Positions 1 through 10,500 of a DNA stretch of 64,000 nt are shown piece after piece. Position 1 is the stretch's first letter, and every line of letters begins with the position of its first letter. The DNA is from Naegleria gruberi (Eukaryota): assembly GCA_000004985.1 (NCBI GenBank), contig GG738904.1. One strand, written 5' to 3'. The translations under genes and the position numbers were made by a program. The notes beneath the pieces were generated by a model. It made no database searches. It saw only the letters and a program-made list of their open reading frames with translations, and was not told where the DNA came from.

Positions 1-303
1 CCCAAACCCAAACCCAAACCCAAACCCAACCCAAACCCAAACCCAAACCCAAACCCAAACCCAAACCCAAACCCAAACCCAAACCCAAACCCAAACCCAA
101 CCCAAACCCAAACCCAAACCCAAACCCAAACCCAAACCCAAACCCAAACCCAAACCCAAACCCAAACCCAAACCCAAACCCAAACCCAAACCCAAACCCA
201 AACCCAAACCCAAACCCAAACCCAAACCCAAACCCAAACCCAAACCCAAACCCAAACCCAAACCCAAACCCAAACCCAAACCCAAACCCAAACCCAAACC
301 CAC
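1..303. repeat. Terminal telomeric repeat (CCCAAA)n, about 50 units. The C-rich strand runs 5'->3' on the + strand, which is the orientation expected at a left chromosome end. Occasional CCCAAC variants occur.
   Basis: Perfect hexamer periodicity from base 1 to about 303 (G-strand TTTGGG), with units lacking one A at about 28-33 and 100-105. The tract gives way abruptly to AT-rich unique sequence. Confidence 0.9.
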
Positions 304-984
304 GACTAAGGTCAGACCCAACATTTTTACTTTTATTCATCTTAATTAATTATCTCAATAAATACTCATTATAAATCAATATATTATATATCAATATACT
401 CCAAATTGAATATATAATCATATAATAACATAATATTACATCATTATAATGACTTATATAAGTTAATTTCATATAATAGATTAGACAATTAGAATATCAA
501 TGAAAACATTTCAAATTCAATTCAAATAAATATATCACCTTGTGTATCATGTTAATAACAATATATATCAATTTCAAATACTTTGGTATCATTTCAGGAA
601 ATTAACTATTCAACTTGTCAACTGACCTATTCTAACATTGAAGATAGAATTCTGTTCCACTTCAATTCACTTCCAATACATATATACATGATAATAAAAT
701 ATATTAATATCATTTTGACATTCATCCATATTATACATGGTACATGGCTGATCCACTTGATACATACAGGATTGTGACATTGACATCTACTATACAGATC
801 ATTATGAAATTGATACAGTGCCTTACTAATGGTGAATAAACACTACTGTATCAGTTTCATGACAATTTGAAATCATTCAACATGTCAGGAGTGTAATCAT
901 GAGAATTATAAATGTCAAGATAATCAAATCATATTAAATTTAAAATCTTTCAATTACAATATCATATTTAGATCAATTAATCAT

Positions 985-3900
985 NNNNNNNNNNNNNNNN
1001 NNNNNNNNNNNNNNNNNNNNNNNNNNNNNNNNNNNNNNNNNNNNNNNNNNNNNNNNNNNNNNNNNNNNNNNNNNNNNNNNNNNNNNNNNNNNNNNNNNNN
1101 NNNNNNNNNNNNNNNNNNNNNNNNNNNNNNNNNNNNNNNNNNNNNNNNNNNNNNNNNNNNNNNNNNNNNNNNNNNNNNNNNNNNNNNNNNNNNNNNNNNN
1201 NNNNNNNNNNNNNNNNNNNNNNNNNNNNNNNNNNNNNNNNNNNNNNNNNNNNNNNNNNNNNNNNNNNNNNNNNNNNNNNNNNNNNNNNNNNNNNNNNNNN
1301 NNNNNNNNNNNNNNNNNNNNNNNNNNNNNNNNNNNNNNNNNNNNNNNNNNNNNNNNNNNNNNNNNNNNNNNNNNNNNNNNNNNNNNNNNNNNNNNNNNNN
1401 NNNNNNNNNNNNNNNNNNNNNNNNNNNNNNNNNNNNNNNNNNNNNNNNNNNNNNNNNNNNNNNNNNNNNNNNNNNNNNNNNNNNNNNNNNNNNNNNNNNN
1501 NNNNNNNNNNNNNNNNNNNNNNNNNNNNNNNNNNNNNNNNNNNNNNNNNNNNNNNNNNNNNNNNNNNNNNNNNNNNNNNNNNNNNNNNNNNNNNNNNNNN
1601 NNNNNNNNNNNNNNNNNNNNNNNNNNNNNNNNNNNNNNNNNNNNNNNNNNNNNNNNNNNNNNNNNNNNNNNNNNNNNNNNNNNNNNNNNNNNNNNNNNNN
1701 NNNNNNNNNNNNNNNNNNNNNNNNNNNNNNNNNNNNNNNNNNNNNNNNNNNNNNNNNNNNNNNNNNNNNNNNNNNNNNNNNNNNNNNNNNNNNNNNNNNN
1801 NNNNNNNNNNNNNNNNNNNNNNNNNNNNNNNNNNNNNNNNNNNNNNNNNNNNNNNNNNNNNNNNNNNNNNNNNNNNNNNNNNNNNNNNNNNNNNNNNNNN
1901 NNNNNNNNNNNNNNNNNNNNNNNNNNNNNNNNNNNNNNNNNNNNNNNNNNNNNNNNNNNNNNNNNNNNNNNNNNNNNNNNNNNNNNNNNNNNNNNNNNNN
2001 NNNNNNNNNNNNNNNNNNNNNNNNNNNNNNNNNNNNNNNNNNNNNNNNNNNNNNNNNNNNNNNNNNNNNNNNNNNNNNNNNNNNNNNNNNNNNNNNNNNN
2101 NNNNNNNNNNNNNNNNNNNNNNNNNNNNNNNNNNNNNNNNNNNNNNNNNNNNNNNNNNNNNNNNNNNNNNNNNNNNNNNNNNNNNNNNNNNNNNNNNNNN
2201 NNNNNNNNNNNNNNNNNNNNNNNNNNNNNNNNNNNNNNNNNNNNNNNNNNNNNNNNNNNNNNNNNNNNNNNNNNNNNNNNNNNNNNNNNNNNNNNNNNNN
2301 NNNNNNNNNNNNNNNNNNNNNNNNNNNNNNNNNNNNNNNNNNNNNNNNNNNNNNNNNNNNNNNNNNNNNNNNNNNNNNNNNNNNNNNNNNNNNNNNNNNN
2401 NNNNNNNNNNNNNNNNNNNNNNNNNNNNNNNNNNNNNNNNNNNNNNNNNNNNNNNNNNNNNNNNNNNNNNNNNNNNNNNNNNNNNNNNNNNNNNNNNNNN
2501 NNNNNNNNNNNNNNNNNNNNNNNNNNNNNNNNNNNNNNNNNNNNNNNNNNNNNNNNNNNNNNNNNNNNNNNNNNNNNNNNNNNNNNNNNNNNNNNNNNNN
2601 NNNNNNNNNNNNNNNNNNNNNNNNNNNNNNNNNNNNNNNNNNNNNNNNNNNNNNNNNNNNNNNNNNNNNNNNNNNNNNNNNNNNNNNNNNNNNNNNNNNN
2701 NNNNNNNNNNNNNNNNNNNNNNNNNNNNNNNNNNNNNNNNNNNNNNNNNNNNNNNNNNNNNNNNNNNNNNNNNNNNNNNNNNNNNNNNNNNNNNNNNNNN
2801 NNNNNNNNNNNNNNNNNNNNNNNNNNNNNNNNNNNNNNNNNNNNNNNNNNNNNNNNNNNNNNNNNNNNNNNNNNNNNNNNNNNNNNNNNNNNNNNNNNNN
2901 NNNNNNNNNNNNNNNNNNNNNNNNNNNNNNNNNNNNNNNNNNNNNNNNNNNNNNNNNNNNNNNNNNNNNNNNNNNNNNNNNNNNNNNNNNNNNNNNNNNN
3001 NNNNNNNNNNNNNNNNNNNNNNNNNNNNNNNNNNNNNNNNNNNNNNNNNNNNNNNNNNNNNNNNNNNNNNNNNNNNNNNNNNNNNNNNNNNNNNNNNNNN
3101 NNNNNNNNNNNNNNNNNNNNNNNNNNNNNNNNNNNNNNNNNNNNNNNNNNNNNNNNNNNNNNNNNNNNNNNNNNNNNNNNNNNNNNNNNNNNNNNNNNNN
3201 NNNNNNNNNNNNNNNNNNNNNNNNNNNNNNNNNNNNNNNNNNNNNNNNNNNNNNNNNNNNNNNNNNNNNNNNNNNNNNNNNNNNNNNNNNNNNNNNNNNN
3301 NNNNNNNNNNNNNNNNNNNNNNNNNNNNNNNNNNNNNNNNNNNNNNNNNNNNNNNNNNNNNNNNNNNNNNNNNNNNNNNNNNNNNNNNNNNNNNNNNNNN
3401 NNNNNNNNNNNNNNNNNNNNNNNNNNNNNNNNNNNNNNNNNNNNNNNNNNNNNNNNNNNNNNNNNNNNNNNNNNNNNNNNNNNNNNNNNNNNNNNNNNNN
3501 NNNNNNNNNNNNNNNNNNNNNNNNNNNNNNNNNNNNNNNNNNNNNNNNNNNNNNNNNNNNNNNNNNNNNNNNNNNNNNNNNNNNNNNNNNNNNNNNNNNN
3601 NNNNNNNNNNNNNNNNNNNNNNNNNNNNNNNNNNNNNNNNNNNNNNNNNNNNNNNNNNNNNNNNNNNNNNNNNNNNNNNNNNNNNNNNNNNNNNNNNNNN
3701 NNNNNNNNNNNNNNNNNNNNNNNNNNNNNNNNNNNNNNNNNNNNNNNNNNNNNNNNNNNNNNNNNNNNNNNNNNNNNNNNNNNNNNNNNNNNNNNNNNNN
3801 NNNNNNNNNNNNNNNNNNNNNNNNNNNNNNNNNNNNNNNNNNNNNNNNNNNNNNNNNNNNNNNNNNNNNNNNNNNNNNNNNNNNNNNNNNNNNNNNNNNN

Positions 3901-6105
3901 NNNNNNNNNNNNNNNNNNNNNNNNNNNNNNNNNNNNNNNNNNNNNNNNNNNNNNNNNNNNNNNNNNNNNNNNNNNNNNNNNNNNNNNNNNNNNNNNNNNN
4001 NNNNNNNNNNNNNNNNNNNNNNNNNNNNNNNNNNNNNNNNNNNNNNNNNNNNNNNNNNNNNNNNNNNNNNNNNNNNNNNNNNNNNNNNNNNNNNNNNNNN
4101 NNNNNNNNNNNNNNNNNNNNNNNNNNNNNNNNNNNNNNNNNNNNNNNNNNNNNNNNNNNNNNNNNNNNNNNNNNNNNNNNNNNNNNNNNNNNNNNNNNNN
4201 NNNNNNNNNNNNNNNNNNNNNNNNNNNNNNNNNNNNNNNNNNNNNNNNNNNNNNNNNNNNNNNNNNNNNNNNNNNNNNNNNNNNNNNNNNNNNNNNNNNN
4301 NNNNNNNNNNNNNNNNNNNNNNNNNNNNNNNNNNNNNNNNNNNNNNNNNNNNNNNNNNNNNNNNNNNNNNNNNNNNNNNNNNNNNNNNNNNNNNNNNNNN
4401 NNNNNNNNNNNNNNNNNNNNNNNNNNNNNNNNNNNNNNNNNNNNNNNNNNNNNNNNNNNNNNNNNNNNNNNNNNNNNNNNNNNNNNNNNNNNNNNNNNNN
4501 NNNNNNNNNNNNNNNNNNNNNNNNNNNNNNNNNNNNNNNNNNNNNNNNNNNNNNNNNNNNNNNNNNNNNNNNNNNNNNNNNNNNNNNNNNNNNNNNNNNN
4601 NNNNNNNNNNNNNNNNNNNNNNNNNNNNNNNNNNNNNNNNNNNNNNNNNNNNNNNNNNNNNNNNNNNNNNNNNNNNNNNNNNNNNNNNNNNNNNNNNNNN
4701 NNNNNNNNNNNNNNNNNNNNNNNNNNNNNNNNNNNNNNNNNNNNNNNNNNNNNNNNNNNNNNNNNNNNNNNNNNNNNNNNNNNNNNNNNNNNNNNNNNNN
4801 NNNNNNNNNNNNNNNNNNNNNNNNNNNNNNNNNNNNNNNNNNNNNNNNNNNNNNNNNNNNNNNNNNNNNNNNNNNNNNNNNNNNNNNNNNNNNNNNNNNN
4901 NNNNNNNNNNNNNNNNNNNNNNNNNNNNNNNNNNNNNNNNNNNNNNNNNNNNNNNNNNNNNNNNNNNNNNNNNNNNNNNNNNNNNNNNNNNNNNNNNNNN
5001 NNNNNNNNNNNNNNNNNNNNNNNNNNNNNNNNNNNNNNNNNNNNNNNNNNNNNNNNNNNNNNNNNNNNNNNNNNNNNNNNNNNNNNNNNNNNNNNNNNNN
5101 NNNNNNNNNNNNNNNNNNNNNNNNNNNNNNNNNNNNNNNNNNNNNNNNNNNNNNNNNNNNNNNNNNNNNNNNNNNNNNNNNNNNNNNNNNNNNNNNNNNN
5201 NNNNNNNNNNNNNNNNNNNNNNNNNNNNNNNNNNNNNNNNNNNNNNNNNNNNNNNNNNNNNNNNNNNNNNNNNNNNNNNNNNNNNNNNNNNNNNNNNNNN
5301 NNNNNNNNNNNNNNNNNNNNNNNNNNNNNNNNNNNNNNNNNNNNNNNNNNNNNNNNNNNNNNNNNNNNNNNNNNNNNNNNNNNNNNNNNNNNNNNNNNNN
5401 NNNNNNNNNNNNNNNNNNNNNNNNNNNNNNNNNNNNNNNNNNNNNNNNNNNNNNNNNNNNNNNNNNNNNNNNNNNNNNNNNNNNNNNNNNNNNNNNNNNN
5501 NNNNNNNNNNNNNNNNNNNNNNNNNNNNNNNNNNNNNNNNNNNNNNNNNNNNNNNNNNNNNNNNNNNNNNNNNNNNNNNNNNNNNNNNNNNNNNNNNNNN
5601 NNNNNNNNNNNNNNNNNNNNNNNNNNNNNNNNNNNNNNNNNNNNNNNNNNNNNNNNNNNNNNNNNNNNNNNNNNNNNNNNNNNNNNNNNNNNNNNNNNNN
5701 NNNNNNNNNNNNNNNNNNNNNNNNNNNNNNNNNNNNNNNNNNNNNNNNNNNNNNNNNNNNNNNNNNNNNNNNNNNNNNNNNNNNNNNNNNNNNNNNNNNN
5801 NNNNNNNNNNNNNNNNNNNNNNNNNNNNNNNNNNNNNNNNNNNNNNNNNNNNNNNNNNNNNNNNNNNNNNNNNNNNNNNNNNNNNNNNNNNNNNNNNNNN
5901 NNNNNNNNNNNNNNNNNNNNNNNNNNNNNNNNNNNNNNNNNNNNNNNNNNNNNNNNNNNNNNNNNNNNNNNNNNNNNNNNNNNNNNNNNNNNNNNNNNNN
6001 NNNNNNNNNNNNNNNNNNNNNNNNNNNNNNNNNNNNNNNNNNNNNNNNNNNNNNNNNNNNNNNNNNNNNNNNNNNNNNNNNNNNNNNNNNNNNNNNNNNN
6101 NNNNN
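985..6105. other. Assembly gap (N run, about 5.1 kb)
   Basis: Contiguous n characters. All six-frame ORFs that span it are artifacts. Confidence 0.99.
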
Positions 6106-6605
6106 ACTCAATTTTACTAGGTAACGACAGTATTTGTGACAAATGTAATGTCAAGGAAGATTGGACCCACGTATTCCAAACTTGTCCCAAATGCAATCCT
6201 GAAAAGGATGAACTGTATGCCACATGGGACGCTATCTCCCAGAAATTTAGCCTTAACAAGATTCGTTTCCCTCCTGATATCTCAGAATCCTCTCAACTTA
6301 GGATAGAATTTGATGGTCGTTGCTCCCGTAATGACTGGCTTAACTGGTCTAAGCGCAAAAGAATACCTAAGAATGTGGCCCTAGAAGTCTACAAAGCACT
6401 AGCTATTTATTTGGAAAATTGCTACAAGAACTCAGTGTGGTACAACCGTCCCAATGCAGGCTTCACTATTAACAGGAAATACCTCTCTGCCTACCACAGG
6501 CAGGCTCAGTCTAACCAACCACTTAGCGTCAACCCATAACACTTAAACGCTGAACCGAAACTTACTGGTTGTAGACCTCGTCTCTCAGGTCTTTACGATA
6601 CAAGA
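6106..6605 (+). mobile_element. 3' end of a retroelement-like ORF with a Cys/His-rich C-terminal region (the ORF's 5' part is lost in the gap; stop at 6537-6539). It is followed by a 3' UTR carrying a short hairpin (GTAGACC...AGGTCT).
   Basis: The + frame reads LGNDSICDKCNVKEDWTHVFQTCPKCNPEKDELYATWDAISQKF...NRKYLSAYHRQAQSNQPLSVNP*. The CxxC...H...CxxC knuckle is typical of the C-terminus of non-LTR retrotransposon ORF2. Local GC content is clearly higher than in the flanks. About 60 bp of the 3' end recur in inverted orientation at 19305-19362. Confidence 0.4.
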
Positions 6606-7296
6606 GACGTTAATAAAATCACAATTTACTTTTGCAGGTTCTACCACTTCTTGATTACTAGCAAGCTTCAACTCCATTTCACTTAGTCTTGAAAGAAGTA
6701 CATCCATGTTCGCAATATTCCTTCTTGATTTGACTCTAGCTGTACCATTATTCCTGCAAGACTCAACATCTTCCGACTCAGATGAAGAAGGAGAGGATGA
6801 CGAGGAGTCGGTTCTTCTAGAGTGATTCAGAGGAATACTCTGGCTTGTGCTTCCCGAGTCTGAATGATGATGTCTACCAAATTGTCAACTGACCTATCAG
6901 AAGGTAGTTGAATGCCCATTGATTCAATGAGTTCCTCTAATTGATCAATAGAGCACTCTGATAATTCATTTCTTGATTTAAAATACATCTTTCGGAATTA
7001 ATTTGAGACTTCAAGGTATAAATGGGAAGTAGAATCAACAAGTGTTAAAACCATCTTTTATTACACAAAACAAAAGAAATATCCAATTGTCACAATTGAA
7101 CAATACAATAGATTGAAACTTTTCCAAATTACCATTTGAATCGGGAAGTGATGATGATTTTAGTGAACAATATTAAATTTCACTAAAATATTAATATTAT
7201 CAGATTTCCACAAATATTACTATTATAATGATGATAAATAACAATGATGATGGTTGGTAGTTGTTCCGATGTGATGGAACACGGTAGTATCTGGAA

Positions 7297-7513
7297 TTGA
7301 AAAAAATGACTCAAGTCTCTAAAGGTTTGTGTAATGATCAAAGTTTGCTAATAATTGTAATAGAAATATTTTCTGATGATGTAATTTATGAAATTATTTC
7401 CTATTTATGTGATGATTGGAAATTCGTATTATTAAATTGCGTAATGGTAACAAAACAATGGTTGAACGTCATCCGAGATCGATCCGAGCTTTCAATGATG
7501 GCGAATAATCATT
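7297..7513 (+). CDS. F-box-like protein, 5' fragment that runs into the gap
   Basis: The ORF opens MKKMTQVSKGLCNDQSLLIIVIEIFSDDVIYEIISYLCDDWKFVLLNCVMVTKQW, an F-box-like pattern (L..I..I...VI.EI.SYL......L..V.K.W). The rest is unknown because of the gap. Confidence 0.35.
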
Positions 7514-10500
7514 NNNNNNNNNNNNNNNNNNNNNNNNNNNNNNNNNNNNNNNNNNNNNNNNNNNNNNNNNNNNNNNNNNNNNNNNNNNNNNNNNNNNNNN
7601 NNNNNNNNNNNNNNNNNNNNNNNNNNNNNNNNNNNNNNNNNNNNNNNNNNNNNNNNNNNNNNNNNNNNNNNNNNNNNNNNNNNNNNNNNNNNNNNNNNNN
7701 NNNNNNNNNNNNNNNNNNNNNNNNNNNNNNNNNNNNNNNNNNNNNNNNNNNNNNNNNNNNNNNNNNNNNNNNNNNNNNNNNNNNNNNNNNNNNNNNNNNN
7801 NNNNNNNNNNNNNNNNNNNNNNNNNNNNNNNNNNNNNNNNNNNNNNNNNNNNNNNNNNNNNNNNNNNNNNNNNNNNNNNNNNNNNNNNNNNNNNNNNNNN
7901 NNNNNNNNNNNNNNNNNNNNNNNNNNNNNNNNNNNNNNNNNNNNNNNNNNNNNNNNNNNNNNNNNNNNNNNNNNNNNNNNNNNNNNNNNNNNNNNNNNNN
8001 NNNNNNNNNNNNNNNNNNNNNNNNNNNNNNNNNNNNNNNNNNNNNNNNNNNNNNNNNNNNNNNNNNNNNNNNNNNNNNNNNNNNNNNNNNNNNNNNNNNN
8101 NNNNNNNNNNNNNNNNNNNNNNNNNNNNNNNNNNNNNNNNNNNNNNNNNNNNNNNNNNNNNNNNNNNNNNNNNNNNNNNNNNNNNNNNNNNNNNNNNNNN
8201 NNNNNNNNNNNNNNNNNNNNNNNNNNNNNNNNNNNNNNNNNNNNNNNNNNNNNNNNNNNNNNNNNNNNNNNNNNNNNNNNNNNNNNNNNNNNNNNNNNNN
8301 NNNNNNNNNNNNNNNNNNNNNNNNNNNNNNNNNNNNNNNNNNNNNNNNNNNNNNNNNNNNNNNNNNNNNNNNNNNNNNNNNNNNNNNNNNNNNNNNNNNN
8401 NNNNNNNNNNNNNNNNNNNNNNNNNNNNNNNNNNNNNNNNNNNNNNNNNNNNNNNNNNNNNNNNNNNNNNNNNNNNNNNNNNNNNNNNNNNNNNNNNNNN
8501 NNNNNNNNNNNNNNNNNNNNNNNNNNNNNNNNNNNNNNNNNNNNNNNNNNNNNNNNNNNNNNNNNNNNNNNNNNNNNNNNNNNNNNNNNNNNNNNNNNNN
8601 NNNNNNNNNNNNNNNNNNNNNNNNNNNNNNNNNNNNNNNNNNNNNNNNNNNNNNNNNNNNNNNNNNNNNNNNNNNNNNNNNNNNNNNNNNNNNNNNNNNN
8701 NNNNNNNNNNNNNNNNNNNNNNNNNNNNNNNNNNNNNNNNNNNNNNNNNNNNNNNNNNNNNNNNNNNNNNNNNNNNNNNNNNNNNNNNNNNNNNNNNNNN
8801 NNNNNNNNNNNNNNNNNNNNNNNNNNNNNNNNNNNNNNNNNNNNNNNNNNNNNNNNNNNNNNNNNNNNNNNNNNNNNNNNNNNNNNNNNNNNNNNNNNNN
8901 NNNNNNNNNNNNNNNNNNNNNNNNNNNNNNNNNNNNNNNNNNNNNNNNNNNNNNNNNNNNNNNNNNNNNNNNNNNNNNNNNNNNNNNNNNNNNNNNNNNN
9001 NNNNNNNNNNNNNNNNNNNNNNNNNNNNNNNNNNNNNNNNNNNNNNNNNNNNNNNNNNNNNNNNNNNNNNNNNNNNNNNNNNNNNNNNNNNNNNNNNNNN
9101 NNNNNNNNNNNNNNNNNNNNNNNNNNNNNNNNNNNNNNNNNNNNNNNNNNNNNNNNNNNNNNNNNNNNNNNNNNNNNNNNNNNNNNNNNNNNNNNNNNNN
9201 NNNNNNNNNNNNNNNNNNNNNNNNNNNNNNNNNNNNNNNNNNNNNNNNNNNNNNNNNNNNNNNNNNNNNNNNNNNNNNNNNNNNNNNNNNNNNNNNNNNN
9301 NNNNNNNNNNNNNNNNNNNNNNNNNNNNNNNNNNNNNNNNNNNNNNNNNNNNNNNNNNNNNNNNNNNNNNNNNNNNNNNNNNNNNNNNNNNNNNNNNNNN
9401 NNNNNNNNNNNNNNNNNNNNNNNNNNNNNNNNNNNNNNNNNNNNNNNNNNNNNNNNNNNNNNNNNNNNNNNNNNNNNNNNNNNNNNNNNNNNNNNNNNNN
9501 NNNNNNNNNNNNNNNNNNNNNNNNNNNNNNNNNNNNNNNNNNNNNNNNNNNNNNNNNNNNNNNNNNNNNNNNNNNNNNNNNNNNNNNNNNNNNNNNNNNN
9601 NNNNNNNNNNNNNNNNNNNNNNNNNNNNNNNNNNNNNNNNNNNNNNNNNNNNNNNNNNNNNNNNNNNNNNNNNNNNNNNNNNNNNNNNNNNNNNNNNNNN
9701 NNNNNNNNNNNNNNNNNNNNNNNNNNNNNNNNNNNNNNNNNNNNNNNNNNNNNNNNNNNNNNNNNNNNNNNNNNNNNNNNNNNNNNNNNNNNNNNNNNNN
9801 NNNNNNNNNNNNNNNNNNNNNNNNNNNNNNNNNNNNNNNNNNNNNNNNNNNNNNNNNNNNNNNNNNNNNNNNNNNNNNNNNNNNNNNNNNNNNNNNNNNN
9901 NNNNNNNNNNNNNNNNNNNNNNNNNNNNNNNNNNNNNNNNNNNNNNNNNNNNNNNNNNNNNNNNNNNNNNNNNNNNNNNNNNNNNNNNNNNNNNNNNNNN
10001 NNNNNNNNNNNNNNNNNNNNNNNNNNNNNNNNNNNNNNNNNNNNNNNNNNNNNNNNNNNNNNNNNNNNNNNNNNNNNNNNNNNNNNNNNNNNNNNNNNNN
10101 NNNNNNNNNNNNNNNNNNNNNNNNNNNNNNNNNNNNNNNNNNNNNNNNNNNNNNNNNNNNNNNNNNNNNNNNNNNNNNNNNNNNNNNNNNNNNNNNNNNN
10201 NNNNNNNNNNNNNNNNNNNNNNNNNNNNNNNNNNNNNNNNNNNNNNNNNNNNNNNNNNNNNNNNNNNNNNNNNNNNNNNNNNNNNNNNNNNNNNNNNNNN
10301 NNNNNNNNNNNNNNNNNNNNNNNNNNNNNNNNNNNNNNNNNNNNNNNNNNNNNNNNNNNNNNNNNNNNNNNNNNNNNNNNNNNNNNNNNNNNNNNNNNNN
10401 NNNNNNNNNNNNNNNNNNNNNNNNNNNNNNNNNNNNNNNNNNNNNNNNNNNNNNNNNNNNNNNNNNNNNNNNNNNNNNNNNNNNNNNNNNNNNNNNNNNN

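Noticed and set aside
583-777. 64-aa ORF in the subtelomeric AT-rich spacer
   Set aside because: Low-complexity AT-driven ORF with no codon structure and no neighbouring gene signals.
973-6259. Minus-strand ORFs of 1712 and 1760 aa across the first gap
   Set aside because: They are made almost entirely of X from N-run translation. Only the last about 150 nt (6106-6259) is real sequence, and it is better explained on the + strand as the retroelement ORF tail.
6530-6537. ACCCATAA, matching the dictyostelid upstream sequence element (DUSE) consensus [AT]CCCA[CT]AA of small ncRNA genes
   Set aside because: It lies inside the retroelement ORF (codons ...N P *). No class-I-like RNA (a stem plus the CCTTACAGCAA motif) follows at the expected +60 position, and the second copy of the downstream element has no such motif. 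Probably chance.
6585-6988. Possible small minus-strand gene (MYFKSRNELSECSIDQLEELIESMGIQLPSDR..., then an S/E-rich frame)
   Set aside because: The two open frames can only be joined by a 20-nt 'intron', and the second frame alone gives a 40-aa peptide. It also overlaps the retroelement 3' UTR hairpin. Insufficient support.
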